A DNA stretch of 64,000 nt, from NCBI GenBank assembly GCA_951406725.2, contig OX597836.1, forward strand, positions 28,272,001-28,336,000. The letters are read 5' to 3'. The stretch comes from Octopus vulgaris (lineage: Eukaryota). Shown piece after piece: positions 27,625 through 41,806 of this stretch. The position numbers and the translations under genes are program-made. The notes below the pieces were generated by a model, which saw nothing but the letters and a program-made list of their open reading frames with translations, had not been told where the DNA came from and did no database searches. Position 1 is the first letter of the stretch. Every line of letters starts with the position of its first letter.

Positions 27625-28575
27625 TGCAAGGGAGGTAACAAACACTTCAGTATTTCGTTTCCAATTTAATTCTTAACAGATCGTCGGGATCATCGTTATG
27701 TTGTCTCCGTTTAATCCTTGATCGACTAGATGTATGGTTAGCGGCCTTCCATCTCTGACCATTCCTTATTTTAGAGGCTTGAAGACCTACATTATCCAAC
27801 ATGTGTCTTTATTTAGACAGTAAATATGATTTGACAGAATTTAGCTATTTCTAACATATCGAGTGACCACTTAGGTTAAACTCAAGTGTTTGACCCAACC
27901 AAAAAAAAAAAAAAAATAGTGCAATAGGTGTAAAACATGTAGTAAACGAATATGAAAAAAAAAGGTTACTGTTTACATCTTGACCTGGAAATGAAAATCC
28001 AAAAAATATACTGGAATGGGTGTAAAACAATGTGTAGGAAACAAATATGTAAAAAAAATAAATATACGCGCAAAGCAACGAGAGGACTTCGGAAAATTCC
28101 CAAGATCCGAGTTTTCCTTCGTAACTTTTAGGAAAAAGAGGTTTTTTTTCAGTGAAATTTTATAGAAATACCATTCAAACGGCATACATTCCGATTATAA
28201 AGAAATTTGTTGGGAAAATCTTTTCAAAGAGGGGGGGGTTAAATTTTATAGAAATACTTTTCGGAAAATTCACAAGATCCGAATTTTCCCTCGTTATATT
28301 CCGAAATCACATTCAACTTTCTACAGGTACCCTAGCGTAGTAGTAGTAGTACTACTACTACACTACGTAGTGTTTTTTCGGTCAGACTAAAGGGTTTGAC
28401 CCGAGCAAAAAAAAAAAGGGTAGTGTTATAGGTGTAAAACAACTTGCTGTAAACGAATATATAAAAAAAAAATGCGCGCTCGCGAACGAGGTGTGGGGAA
28501 GAGGACTCGGAAAATTCACATCGTCAGACCATGACCTTTAAAAGTCTAGTGTTGGACCTGAGCAAAAAAAAATAA

Positions 28576-28968
28576 GGCAATCTTTCGTCTCTACTAGACA
28601 TTTCCGTAAAAAAATTTTTTTTTTTTTACACATGGGCTTACGGGAACTTTTGAAGTAATGAGAGCGAAAGAGACTAAGAGAAAGCGATTGTATGACGAGG
28701 GAAGTTCTTTTGAAGTTACCGTCCAGGGGAAGCATTGATGTACATGTGTGTTGTGTGTTTGATGGGGTGTGGGAGACAGACAGTATGTTGTGTAAGTGAA
28801 GTGCTTCTGTTAGTGTGTGTGAAAGAAAGAGATAACTGACATTTTTTACTCGGTGTATGTGAATATGTATGTATATTACTTCAAAAGTTCCCGCAAGCCC
28901 ATATGTAAAAAAAATAAATTTTCTTTACGGAAATCGACGGAAAGGTCTACTAGAGACGAAAGATCGCC
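28576..28968. mobile_element. MITE with long TIRs and 8-bp TSD
   Basis: GGCAATCTTTCGTCTCTA...TAGAGACGAAAGATCGCC; TSD AAAAATAA. Confidence 0.85.
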
Positions 28969-30650
28969 AAAAATAATAATAGTGTAATAGCTGTACAACA
29001 ACATGTAGTAAACGAATATTTTTTTAAATGCTCGCGAACGGGGGTGTGATGTTTGTTAGTATGTATGTGTGAGAGCCCACCATTTTGTTTTTTTATTTTT
29101 CATATTAAATTCCGATATAATCAGATTCTACACCGCATGAAGGGTATTTGTAGAAAAATTTCATTAAAAAATATCCATTTTACGTAAAGTTATGAGGAAA
29201 CAAAGTGACTCATGTAAATTTTCGAAACTCCTCTCCCCATCCACAGAAAAGCTTTTTCACAAGAAATTCCGATATAATCAGGAACATATCTGTAGAATAT
29301 TTCATTAAAGAATATTCATTTTAGTGGGAGTTATGAGGAAACCAAGTCAATAATAATAATAATAATTTTTTATATTTTTTTTAATTGGTACTTTTGAAAC
29401 CAAGTCGGCAGGGGCACACTTGTGTAGGTATGCCCTCACACACATCGCATCCACGAAATGAAACTTGAAATTTTGAAAAAGAATTATGTGGTGCGTTTTA
29501 ATATGGGGATCTTTTCGGTTTGGCCGGCAGTTTTTTAAAATTAATTTTCACGTAACTAAACACTTTTAAACTTCGTATACTGGTAGAATGTGTTTATAAA
29601 ACATCTTTTTCTCTTGGCTTTATTGAGAAAATTCGATAGTTTGTAAGATATTTGTTGTTTTTTTTTCTTCAATTTCTGCAATTTCAACCAATCAATGACG
29701 TTTATTGAGGTGAAAATATTCTGTGCCGTATGAATACGTCCCTCGTTTAAGAAACAGATTGGGTTTATTTACATTTCTGAAGAAAAGAGATACCCTGATA
29801 AGGTTAAATAATCCTAAGACACAAAAGTAGTTTTTTTTTATTTAACCCTTTAGCTGTCAGTTGTAATATTTATTATTTACCCACATTGTTTTGAATTAAT
29901 CATGCATTAATAGGCGTAGGAGTGGCTGTGTGGTAAATAGCTTGCTTACCAACTACATGGTTCCGGGTTCAGTCCCGCTGCGTGGCACCTTGGGCAAGAG
30001 TCTTCCACTATAGCCTCGGGCCGACCAAAGCCTTGCGAGTGGTTTTGGTAGACGGTAACTGAAGGAAGCCCATCGTATATATGTATATATGTGTGTGTGT
30101 TTGTCCCCCCCCTCCAGCATCGCTTGACAACCGATGCTGGTGTGTTTACGTCCCCGTAACTTAGCGGTTCGGCAAAAGAGACCGATAAAATAAGTACTAG
30201 GCTTACAAAGAATAAATCCTGGGGTCGATTTGCTCAACTAAAGGCGGTGCTCCAGTATGGCCACAGTCAAATGACTGAAACAAGTAAAAGAGTATCATCT
30301 TGTAGATTCAAGACATCAATGATGTAATTGTATATTTTTAGAATGACAATGTAGGGTAGGTATGAAAGGCTGGATCTGACTACTTTGAACATAGAACAGG
30401 CAGAACATTAGAGTTGGATGTGGATGGCCACTTAAAATGCTAGAGTTAAGCCTTCAGCATTCAGATTACTGTCAAATACAACACTTATTTATTCATATTG
30501 TTCTGAATTAATCATGCAATATCTCACAGCTTCAAAATTTCAATGATATGATTGTTTATTGTTAGGGTAGGTGTGAGAGGCTGGATCTGCTTTGAATATA
30601 AAACAGGTAAAACATTGGAGCTGGGTCTAAATGGCCACTTGAAATGTTAA

Positions 30651-30869
30651 CCCTTTCGATACCAACCTGGCTGAAACCGGCTCTGGCTCTGAGTACAAAT
30701 GTCTTGTTTTCATAAGTTTGAATTAAAATCTTCCACCAAACCTTAGTCACAATTTATGTTCCTAACACTAGCTTAATGATAACTAAGTTATTTTACTAAA
30801 TTCTTTGTTATATTTAAAGTAATTGAAAGAAACACAGATCATCTCAAAATAAATACAGTAACGAAAGGG
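30651..30869. mobile_element. piggyBac-type MITE (TTAA TSD, CCCTTT TIR)
   Basis: TTAA|CCCTTTCG...CGAAAGGG|TTAA. Copies at 1-180 and 35380-36519; a second family is at 44558-44778. Confidence 0.85.
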
Positions 30870-33712
30870 TTAAATGGTTAACCTTTTATCATTCAGCTTA
30901 TTCTGTCGAATGTAATGTTTATGTAATTCACATTGTTTTGAATTAATCAATTATGTATTATCTCATAGCTTAGAGATTTCAATGATGTGATAGTTTATTT
31001 TTAAGGCAGGAGTGAGAGGCTGGATCTGACTGCTTCGAACACAAAACAGGCAGGACACTTTGGTTTAAAAGCTAAAAGGTTAATGTCATATAAAGCGAAA
31101 AGTAGCAAGAGATAGGTGTAGAAGCTTTATTAAAAACGATGATTTCTTTATTTCTAGAAAAATATAAATGATACATTGTATGAGACAAGCAAATGAATGT
31201 AACACAGATTTTGATACATATTTATGGAATGTGACACAGGTATAGATTCTATTTAAAGAATGTAACACAGACGGTGATTCATATTTAAGGAATGCAACAC
31301 ACATTTTGATACATACCTGATGAATGTAACACAGATACCAATACATGTTTAAGGGATACTGGTATAAACATAATCCTTTCTATTGAAGGCACAAGGCCTG
31401 AAATTTTGGGGGATGGGGTAAGTTGATTACATCAACCCCAGTGTTTCACTGGTACTTAATTTATCAACCCCCAAAACGATGAAAGGCAAAGTCGACCTCA
31501 ATGAAGTTTGAACTCAGAACACAGGGACAGATGAAATACCTATTTCTTTATTACCCACAAGGGGCTAAACACAGAGGGGACAAACAAGGACAGACATAGG
31601 TATTAAGTTGATTACATTGACCCCAGTGCGTAACTGGTACTTAATTTATCAACCCCCAAAAGGATGAATGGCAAAGTCGACCTCAACGAAGTTTGAACTC
31701 AGAACACAGGGACAGATGAAATACTGCTACACATTTCGTCCAGCATGCTAACAATTCTGCCAGCTCGCCGTCTTTATGCATAAATAAATAATGTAAAACA
31801 TCCTGATACAGTTTAGTAAAAGTAGTAAACAATCTATTAGATAAACAAAGGAATGTAAACAAGTCTTAATACTGGAATGTTTATTTATTTATATTCTATT
31901 TTATAGGCAAACTTATGTAATAGACTTAATCATATTGAGACAGTGTTGAGGCCACAGTGCACTCAAATATCTTCAACTGCAACCAGAAAAGAGTCATCCA
32001 AGTGCTTGGCATAAAAATCACTCATAGATGATATGCCCCCGTTTCTGGCTCACAGACACACTACCTCCTCTTACTGCTTTTTTCTACAACTCTAATGGCC
32101 CCTGCTCCTTAGAGCTAACTGGGACTGTACAATCTCCATTCAGGTACTCCCTTCTTGGGTCTAAATTCCCAGGCCCTACACTAACCACAACACCCTAACC
32201 TTCTTTCCCAGAATACCAACCCTCTCAAATTTCCTCCTTGCAACTGTTAGAGTTAGAAAGGTTCAAAAAAGAACATTAATGGCATTTGTCTTATTGGTCT
32301 AGCAAGGTCTGCAAAAGCTATGGGCAGTGATCCTTCCTCCAAGGCCAACAAGTTTTTTTTTAAAAATCATCTTCGTCACCTAATGCCCATTTTTTCTTTA
32401 CCTGCCTGCATCAGACATAATTTGTTGAAGCAAATTTTCAGGCAAGTATTCATCATCATCATTTAATGTCCACCTTCCATGCCGACATAAATTGAATGGT
32501 TTGACAGCAGCCGGCCATTCTCTTTCATTTGTATACACACACACACACACACATGTGGGTTAAAGTAGTGAGGAAAGGCAATTTCCTCATTGCCTTTTCT
32601 CACTACTTTAGCCTATTCCTTCTGACTCAAAGGGAAACCACCATCAGCTGTTTCTTGAGCAAGACAATCACACAACCACAACTTCAATTGCTGCTCTAAC
32701 TGGAATTTTAGTGCAACACCTATTTGAGCACTCTGAACACATGCCTGTTAGTTTGAGTCATCCTCATGTAAAGTCCTCATATCCTAGATATATGTGTGTG
32801 TGTGTGTAGTTGATGACATAAGAATTTATAATCCGAAGAGTGTGAACTAAGTCTTTTTTGGGAATGGTGAAACACGAAGCTAAGAAAGCTATAAACAACA
32901 TCATATAAATATTCTTTTCTACTCCAGAGGCCCAAAATTTTGGGGGAGGAGGCCAGTCGATTAGATCGACCCCAGTATGCAACTGGTACTTAATTTATCG
33001 ACCCCGAAAAGGATGGAAGGCAAAGTAGACCTCAGTGGAATTTGATCTCAGAATGTAAAGACAGATGAAAAACCACTAAGCATTTCGTCTGGCATGCTAA
33101 CGTTTCTGCCAGCTCACCGCCTTATCTTGGTACCATATATTCTTTTCTACTCTAGGAACAAGGCCCAAAATTTTGGGGGAAGGGGTCAATCAATTAGATC
33201 AACCCCAGTACGCAATTGGTACTTAACTTATCAACCTCGAAAGGATGAAAGGTAAAGTCGACCTCGGCAGAATTTGAACTCAGAGCGTAAAGACAGAGGA
33301 AAGACTGCTAAGCATTTCACCCGGCATGCTAACATTTCTGCCAGCTCACCACCTTACAACATATAAATATTGGGTTAAAAACCTTTCGGATAGAAAAGTT
33401 GGAAGCTGCCCGTGGGGCAGCTTTAGTCTTTTTCTATCCAAGAGGAATTTTCCACCCAATACTTACATGCTTTTATTTATAGCATTATGCGCTTTGAATT
33501 TCACCATCCAAAAAAAAGGATTATATACTGAGAGAGAGAGAGAGAAAGTATATATACATATATACACACACACACAAATTCACTATATATGTATATACAC
33601 ACATTGGTGATATTTACATATCAAATAATCAGTAACATAATTCACAAAGATAACACAGAACTAGTAAGTTCCAATTCTGGCCATCACCTCATACTACAAT
33701 ATCAACAATAGC

Positions 33713-33993
33713 TCATAGTTCTTCTTTCTTGGTTCTGTTGACCTTTACAGTTGCTCTGAGCTGCTTCTTTCCTTGACCCCTTTTTCTAGATCCCTTCGGC
33801 TCCTTTAAATATCTCATTTTGGGGTGTGGGACATTTCCATGGCACCCTTGCATGAGGTGCTCAGCTGCTCGGAGTCCAGATCTAAATGCCCCTTGGATGG
33901 TGCCGAATCTGGTGGAGTCAGTATAGTCATTGGCGAAGTAGATGTGAGGACAGACCGGCTTGGAGACAGCATCCCACTGGGTTTGGGACATAC
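33713..33993 (-). CDS. amine oxidase-fold protein, terminal exon 7, ending KEEL
   Basis: Pyrimidine tract + gaaAG. PV.PHIYFANDYT....GTIQGAFRSGLRAAEHL is equivalent to FAGE.T...GT..GA..SG.R.A. The seven exons sum to 1578 nt = 525 aa + stop. Confidence 0.92.
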
Positions 33994-36096
33994 CTTTCAG
34001 TCGGAGAGAAAAAGATGAAAATGAGAAACAATATTTCTGATACAGAATGCTGAGTGAAAAGGATAAAAAGAAAAAAAAAACCCTGCATCAACAACGTTAT
34101 AACAATCTTTAGTTTTATGTGTTTTTCTTCTTCTGAAGGAGAAAATGAAGAAGACAACGAAGATGACAGCAATGAAGATGACAACGATGAAGAAGAGAAG
34201 GCGACAGCAATGAAGACAGGGTGACAAAGACGACGGCGACAAAGATGACGGAAACATTGACAACAAAGACAATGATGATCATGAAGAAAGAAAGAAAGAA
34301 AGAAAGAAAGGAAGGAAGGAAGGAAAGAAAGACGGAAAGAAAGAAAGAAAAAAAGAAAGAAAGAAAGAAAGGAAGAAAGAAAGAAAGAAAGAAAGACAGA
34401 AGGAAAGAAAGAGAAAGAAAGACGAAGAAGAATGAAGAGAGAATGAAAAGAAGAACAAAGGAAGAATAAAGAAAGAATGAAGAAAGGAACAAAAAAGGAA
34501 GAAGATCGAAGAAGAAATTACTCATTAAGCCCCTAAAGTGTGAAAAGTGAAGTTGACTGGAACAGGATTGAAACTCCCTATGTAAGGGAGGAGGACCTAA
34601 TTAAATATAACATCGTCTCTCCTTGTATATGTTGACCTACATAACAATAATGTAGTTGTTTTGTATAAACATAAGCAGTGAATATGTATTAATGTGATCC
34701 CATACAGGCTTTCTGCTTTGATTTAGGGACTAGGACCTAACTGTGGGTATGTCTCCATAGTTACACAGACAAGGGGTCCAAACAGAATCATTGTCACCTG
34801 AGAAATTTCAAAAAATTATTCTCTGAAATAATAAAAGAAATAGGCACAGGTGTGGCAGTGTGGTAAGAAGTTTACTTCTCAATGACATGGTTCCGAGTTC
34901 AGTTCCACTGTGTGGCACTTTGAGCAAGTGTCTTCTACAACAGTCCCAAAACTTTAACAACAAAAGCTAATATGGGCCCCACTCCAATGGTCATATGGAT
35001 CCTGGTTGAGAACCATCAGACTAAACCTTTGAAGCTGGTGCCCCAGACTGGCCACTTTTCAATGATTGAAACAAGTAAAATATAGAACATAAATTAAAAA
35101 GAAAACTCTGTCTCAAAGGTCTGTGAAATGAGTCAACACCATTAACAGAAGGAGAAGAACGAGGTGGGGTAGGGGTGGTATATATGTTAAATCTTTGGAG
35201 ACAAAACTTAGTGATGTTTCTACACTAAAGCAAACAAACATTTTTACAGATTGGCACCATTTCAACAGAGGCAGCAAAACTTGTAGTCTTATAGTTAAAA
35301 TAGGACCTGACATCTTGCAAAGCTTGTCACTGGTGACCGAGAGAGTGGCAAAAGGGTTGTGCAAGCATTTATCACTTAACCCTTTTGATACAAATCCGGC
35401 TGAAACTGCCTCTGGCTCTGTAGTACAAATGTCTCATTTTCATAAGTTTTGAATTAAAATCTTCCACCAAACCTTTGTCACAATTTATGTTCCTAACACA
35501 AGCTGAATGATAACTAAGTTATTTTACTAAATTCTTTGTTACATTTAAAGTAATTGAAAGAAACACAGAGCATCTCAAAATAAATACAGTAATGAAAGGG
35601 TTAAAAGCACTCATGCTGGTGCCATGTAGAAAGCAGTAGTGATGGTGCCACATTAATCCTTTTGATACCAATCCGGCTGAAACCAGCTCTGGCTCTGTAG
35701 TACAAATGTTTTGTTTCCAAAAGTTCTGAATTAAAATCTTCCACCAAACCTTAGTCACAACTAATGTTCCTAACACTAGCTTAATGATAACTAAGTTATT
35801 TTGCTAAATTCTTTGTTACATTTAAAGTAATTGAAAGAAACACAGAGCATCTCAAAACAAATACAGTAATGAAAAGGTTAAAAGCACTCATGCTGGTGCC
35901 ATGTAGAAAGCAGTAGTGATGGTGCCACATTAATCCTTTTGATACCAATCCGGCTGAAACCAGCTCTGGCTCTGAGTACAAATGCCTTGTTTTCAAAAGT
36001 TCTGAATTAAAATCTTCCACCAAACCTTAGTTGTAATTTACGTTCCTAACACTAGCTTAATGATAACTAAGTTATTTTGCTAAATTCTTTGATATA

Positions 36097-36464
36097 TCTT
36101 TATATATAAAAGTCAAGTTGTGTGTCTGTCTCCTACGATTTAGATTCCTAACTACTCCCAGATTTTGCGGTGCAGTTTAACCAAAACCGGGTATCTTATA
36201 GTCGTGATTCATATCGAGCCCTTCTGGGTATTAGCGCACGTCTACGATTTTTTTTTTCATTTTAATGCATTTTTTTCGCTATTATATAAGGGAAGAAACT
36301 CTCTAAAAATGTCTACAATGAGTCAACGATTTAAAAAAAAATTTACCATCATTTTTTTTCCATTTTTAATGCATCTTTTTGCTATTTTCTGGCTATAACT
36401 CTCTAAAAATGCTTATATAGTTATTTCCCTTACAAACCCGAGCAACGCCGGGCGATACTGCTAG
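36097..36464 (+). mobile_element. non-autonomous Helitron nested in a piggyBac-type MITE
   Basis: Same TC...hairpin-CTAG ends; splits the host MITE at an A|T site. Confidence 0.85.
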
Positions 36465-36742
36465 TTTAAAATAATTGAAAGAAACAGAGCACCTCAAAAT
36501 AAATACAGCAACGAAAGGGTTAAATCCAAAGACATACAGATGTCTCACTATTCATTTCATATCTTGATCCGTTTTGTATTTTATAAACTCCTATGGTGAT
36601 GGCTGCATAGTGACTATTCAGGCACAAGTAATGATGAAAGTAAATTAGACCTTATCAGGTTGAATGTGAAATGGCCATCATATGAGAAGATGAGGCTTTC
36701 ATGTCACACACACACACACACACACACACATCTAGCAAAAGA

Positions 36743-37243
36743 ATACCCTCCATCAGGCATTTGCCATATCCTGAACGCCTTACTTCCCTGGGTATGGACA
36801 CATTGAAACTCCGACGTCTGGCAGCTGACTTGGCAGACACCCATAAAATTATCAACCATCGCACAAACAATAACTCTGAGCACCTCTTCAAACTCCACCC
36901 ATCTAACACCCGTGGACATATTTACAAAGTAAGAAAACAGCACAGCTCCCATGACTTCAGGAAACATTTTTTCACGCTGAGAGTTGCTGAAGCGTGGAAC
37001 AAACTGCCGGCATCGGTTGTTAGTTGTCGGAGCACTGCATCCTTCAAAACTTCCATGCTTCCTGAGATTCGCCAACACTACACCTGATTTTCTCCCCTCC
37101 ATACACACGCAAGCATGTATCTGACTCATACACTGTTCACTTTCCAGACATTTGTACATTACTGCATGTACTTTATATGCACTTTCTGACAAGTTGTGGT
37201 GCACCTGAGCACTGTATACAATAATTTCATTATTATTATTATT
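36743..37243 (+). mobile_element. CR1/L2-group LINE 3' fragment with (ATT)n tail
   Basis: YPERLTSLGMDTLKLRRL..DL...TRGH...FFTLRVAEAWNKLP. Confidence 0.87.
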
Positions 37244-37244
37244 A

Positions 37245-37396
37245 TCTCTCTCTATATATAAACGGCAGTTTGTCTGTGCGTTTTCTGTGTGTCTGTTTTC
37301 TCGTACCCTCACTCTGACCACGGCTTTATAACTCTCTAAAAATGCTTTATAGTTATTTCCCTTACAAACCTGAGCAACGCCGGGCGATACTGCTAG
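37245..37396 (+). mobile_element. mini-Helitron (~150 bp)
   Basis: A|TC...GAGCAACGCCGGGCGATACTGCTAG|T; ends about 30 bp from the exon 6 donor. Confidence 0.75.
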
Positions 37397-37427
37397 TTAT
37401 AACTAAAATTGACATGAGAATACTCAC

Positions 37428-37553
37428 CGACGGTGGGGTAAGAGAGAAGTCCCTGACTGAAAGGATCAGCTGCCCAGTTACTTGTTGTCACACTCAAGAT
37501 GGCATCTTTGGACAGATTCTTCAAATGAAACATTGCTGCTAACCGTTCCAGTG
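37428..37553 (-). CDS. amine oxidase-fold protein, exon 6 (not in the ORF track)
   Basis: ttctAG/GTgagt. ALERLAAMFHLKNLSKDAILSVTTSNWAADPFSQGLLSYPTVG carries the T.W..DP...G..S motif. Phases 1/1. Confidence 0.9.
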
Positions 37554-37959
37554 CTAGAAGAAACAGTCAAGTGTATTGTTAGTTATTGGAGTCTTGTATG
37601 GAAGTTATTGTCTTTCAGACAGTCAGACACACAAACGACATTACTGTTTGACCAACACCTTGAAGCAAACAAAAAAGCCTTTATGTAATCACTCAACCTG
37701 CTAGAAATAGCAGCCAAATCTCCCTTAATCACACTCACAACAATAACAAAAAAAAGACAGGATGAAGTGTCACAAACGGAATACCTCGGATCATGAATCT
37801 ACTCAATCAAGGCTGACCTGGGGTTAAACAAGAACTAATATTCTCTTTATAAAATAGTTAAAATAGTTAAATAAATTTCTTTAAGATTTCCTCAAAATCC
37901 TGTTAATATTGTTTCAGCTTTGATGTGAAAAGAATATGGAATTGTGTAAATATTTGTGA

Positions 37960-38506
37960 GTTAAGTTAAGTTAATTTTTTGGCTCAAAAAGCAAAAAGCA
38001 AGGCCATGTAGGGGGACATGGAGTTAGGTACAGGGAGGGTGTTCATGCAAAGAGTTCAGGCCATTTGTGGTCAAGGGAGACTTTGAACCGAGCGGTCATC
38101 GGCATCTTCACTATCTCGTCCGGCAGCTTATTCCACGGATCCGCAACCCAGACGGAGAAAGCCCCTATCCTTCAATTGAGATGAAATTGTCGCAGATAGA
38201 GCTTTTCGGAGTGACCCCGCAACCGACGCTCTGGAGCAGGAGTGAAGAACAGCTCTTTCGAGAGGTTACACTTTCCGCTTATGATGTTGTGAGCAAGAAT
38301 GAGATCACCACGGCATCGGCGTTTTTCTAGAGAATAAAGGTCGAGCGTCTTCAGCCTTTCTTCATAAGACAAATGCGTGAGACCAAGAACCATGCGGGTA
38401 GCCAGCTTCTGGACTCTTCCGAGATGATGTATGTCTTTGAGGAGATAAGGAGAAGAGGCTTGAATCCCGTACTCCAATATGGGTCTCACCAGCGGGACTT
38501 TATGAT
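37960..38506 (-). mobile_element. CR1 LINE 3' fragment with (TTAAC)n tail
   Basis: RPILEYG...YEERLKTLDLYSLEKRR.RGDLI...LRGH; frameshifted. Confidence 0.87.
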
Positions 38507-39338
38507 TTTCGTGAGAGGAACAGTTAGGCCTCCAATACTGAGGAATCAGGAAACTGGAAACTTCATCTAAACGAACTCCTCTAATACCATCTAAGGGTGA
38601 AAGATTTACAAATGAAGTTTAATAGATAAACATAGAGCACTGACTCAGTTCATTTGACTGTAAATAAATGCTCTAAATAAATGACACAAACTTTAAGGGG
38701 GGATCTTAAGGCAATTGTAGTTTGGAAACTTTAACAAGTAAATCCTTTCACTGGTTCTTGTTTCCAAGAGGGAGATGGATGGTGGGGTGTACTCTTCACC
38801 AAATATGTGATGAAAGACTTAAACTGGATTTGAACTAAAGATCTGTGATTTGGTAGTTCAGATACAATATCTGCTCTGACATGCAGCCCCCATGTGGCTT
38901 ACTGGGTTACCGTATTCAGCTCACAATTGTAAGGTCATGAATTCAATTCCTAACATTGCTAGCATCGAAAAATGGACACTAATTGATGATGATGGTGGTG
39001 GTGATGGTGATGATGATGATGGTGGTGGTGGTGGTAATGCTGATGTTGTTGTTGTTGTCTTCCATACAGCATCAAATTCCTATTATTCCAAGTTTTCTCC
39101 CAGATGTTTTGTACCCCCATAACAAATACCACATATTCAACACAGCAGGCTCACCTCCTGCCAGCCTTTATATGTGCCCCCTACATTCAATCCCCATCTT
39201 TCATTATTCACACAACACAAGGAAATAAGGTTTGAAGTAACAGAGTTACTAGTTACTTATTCGCAAGACGAGGACAATACACAGAAGATCCCATGTCCTT
39301 TGATATTTGATATGAATAAATAGTTTTAAGATACGAAC

Positions 39339-39569
39339 CGATAGTTTTGAGTTGGGTGTCAGAGTAATTTCCAAACTTGGTAGCAGTATTGCCTTGGATA
39401 AAGGTGGTCAAATACGGATCCTTACGACGAGACAACCAGCCAGTGTTTAACCAAGTGGTCATCAATCCGATTTCACTCATATCGGATGCGGCGAAATGGA
39501 AGAGTTCTGTGTCCTTTGGCCAAAATATTGAAGCAAATTTAAAGACAACGCTATTCACACTGCTAACCT
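39339..39569 (-). CDS. amine oxidase-fold protein, exon 5
   Basis: gtacAG/GTtcgt. VNSVVFKFASIFWPKD...YLTTFIQGNTATKFGNYSDTQLK is equivalent to NKV.L.F...FW and SDE. Phases 1/1. Confidence 0.85.
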
Positions 39570-41168
39570 CTGTACGTTGGGTGAAGAAACGGAAGAAAAG
39601 AAAAAAAGAAAGATTACACCAATATATCATGGATGGAAACTAGATGACAGATACAGATTCACATGCACACAAATCATAATTACACTGGTGTGGCTTGTGG
39701 TAAGACATTTGCTTCCTAACCACATGGTTCCAGGTTCAGTCCCACTGTGTGGCATCTTGCGGTCTGATCAAAGCCTTGAGAGAATTTTGTGGACAGAAAC
39801 GGAAAGAAACCAGTCATAAGAGTGCGTATGTGTTAATGTATATATCAATGTGTGTGTCTTAGTGTTGTGTTTGTCCCACATCACAACTGATGATGGTTTG
39901 TTTACATCCCTGTAACTTAGTAGTTCAGCAAGACAGACAATAAAATAGGTACCAGACTTTAAAAAACATGTACTGGTGGGGGGAGGGGGTTCAATCTCTT
40001 TCACAAAACCCTTCAAGGCAGTACCCCAATATGGCCACACCCCACAAACTGAAAGAAGTTAAAGATATAAGATATACATGAAACAAAATCACACACAAGC
40101 ATAGCAAACACATATAAACAAATATAAGTAAACACATAGATGTAAAGATATAGTGGACACTACAGCATAATAGTTAAATGACCACTAATCCCTGTATCTG
40201 GATGGTACCTCAGCTACTCGGTTGGAGAGCCATAAGTGGACTCAGTAACCTAAGAGACTCAGTTTTCTGTCCCTTTACTCTTTTACTTGTTTCAGTCATT
40301 TGACTGCTGCCATGCTGGAGCATCGCCTTTAGTCGAGCAAATCGACCCCAGGACTTATTCTTTGTAAGCCTGGTACTTATTCTATCTCTTTTGCCGAACT
40401 GCTAAGTTACAGGGACGTAAACACACCAGCACCGGTTGTCAAGCGATGGTGGGGGGACAAACACAAACGCACAAACACACATACATATACACAACAGGCT
40501 TCTTTCAGTTTTCGTCTACCAAATCCACTCACAAGGCTATGGTCAGCCTGAGGTTATAATAGAAGACACTTGCCCAATGTTCCACGCAGTGGGACTGAAC
40601 CCAGAACGATCTGGTTGGTAAACAAGCTACTTACCACACAGCCACTCCAGCACCTATAATCTCTACCAAATATTCACATTTTTCACAATATTTCTGAAAA
40701 AGAACGGGAAATACTTGGGGGTTGATAAAATAAGTACCAGTTGATCACTGGGGGTCGATATAATCAAATTCCCTCCTCCCCCTAAATTTGCTGGCCTCAG
40801 GCCAAAATTTGAAAATAATAATAATAATAATAATCCTTTCTACTAAAGGCACAAGTGCCTGAAATATTTAGGGAACGGACTAGTTTATTACATCAGCCCT
40901 ACAGTTTCACTGGTACTTAATTTATCAGCCCCGAAAAGATGAAAGACAATGTCAACCTCGGCTTTCAAATTCTGCCAAGGTCAACTTTGCTTTTCATCCT
41001 TTTGGGGTCGATAAATTAAGTACCAGTGAAACACTGGGGTCGATCTAATCGATTAGCCCCCTCCCCACAAATCTGAGGCCTTGTGCCTCCAGTAGAAAAG
41101 ATTATTATTATTATTAAAGGGTTTGTTTTTTATGAATGAGCTGTTTTGCATCATAAATTTCACCTTAC

Positions 41169-41410
41169 CTAAGGAATTCAAAGCCACACGTTTTTCAACA
41201 GGTAGCATAGGATCAAACGCTATTCGGGAGGCTTTGAGAACCCCTAACGGCACAGCAACAATGACCGCATCTGCTTTCTTCTGACGCCGATCCTTGGTTC
41301 GGACCAAAACCTTACTGGTATTGTCCACTTGGGCTATCTTGATCTGAGAAACCACCTTATTCATCTCCAGATTTAACGGTGCTTCTTCCAGCTCAACACC
41401 ACTGACCAAC
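41169..41410 (-). CDS. amine oxidase-fold protein, exon 4
   Basis: ttttAG/GTaagg. ADAVIVAVPLGVLKASRIAFDPMLPVEKRVAL is the classic PAO/LSD1 motif. Phases 2/1. Confidence 0.93.
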
Positions 41411-41806
41411 CTAAAATGTTTAAACCATGTTTTTCATGAAAAGTAAAAGACAAAAACAGGATTCATCTGTGACATATTTAAAAGAGCAGAGAAAGGGCTA
41501 CCTGGGAATGAGAGAGGAATGAGGATTACGTACAAAAATGATATCTTGGGGGTCAGTAGATGAAAGCTGAAATTTTCGTACAAATAAAATACTTTAGAGA
41601 ATTACTATTGGTAAATCTCACAACGAGAGATATTCAGCATCAGTACTTTGGAGTAAAGATTGTTTGCCAACATAACATGGCAGTCCTAGTTTAAGAGGAA
41701 TGTTGCTGTAATTTAGCCCCAGAAGAAATCGTCTCCAGCTGTGTCATATAGCCAAAAGGGACAGACACACACATACACAGAGAAATGGTGGGAAGGAAGA
41801 TGTTAC

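Noticed and set aside
34115-34525. Lys/Glu/Arg-rich and Phe/Leu/Ser-rich ORFs
   Set aside because: Produced by (GAAA)n/(GAA)n simple repeats in oxidase intron 6.
34729-34797. Possible alternative terminal exon of the oxidase gene (phase-compatible CAG, GDNDSVWTPCLCNYGDIPTVRS*)
   Set aside because: Weak pyrimidine tract, no family motif, and it would delete the C-terminal FAD-binding segment; no supporting evidence.
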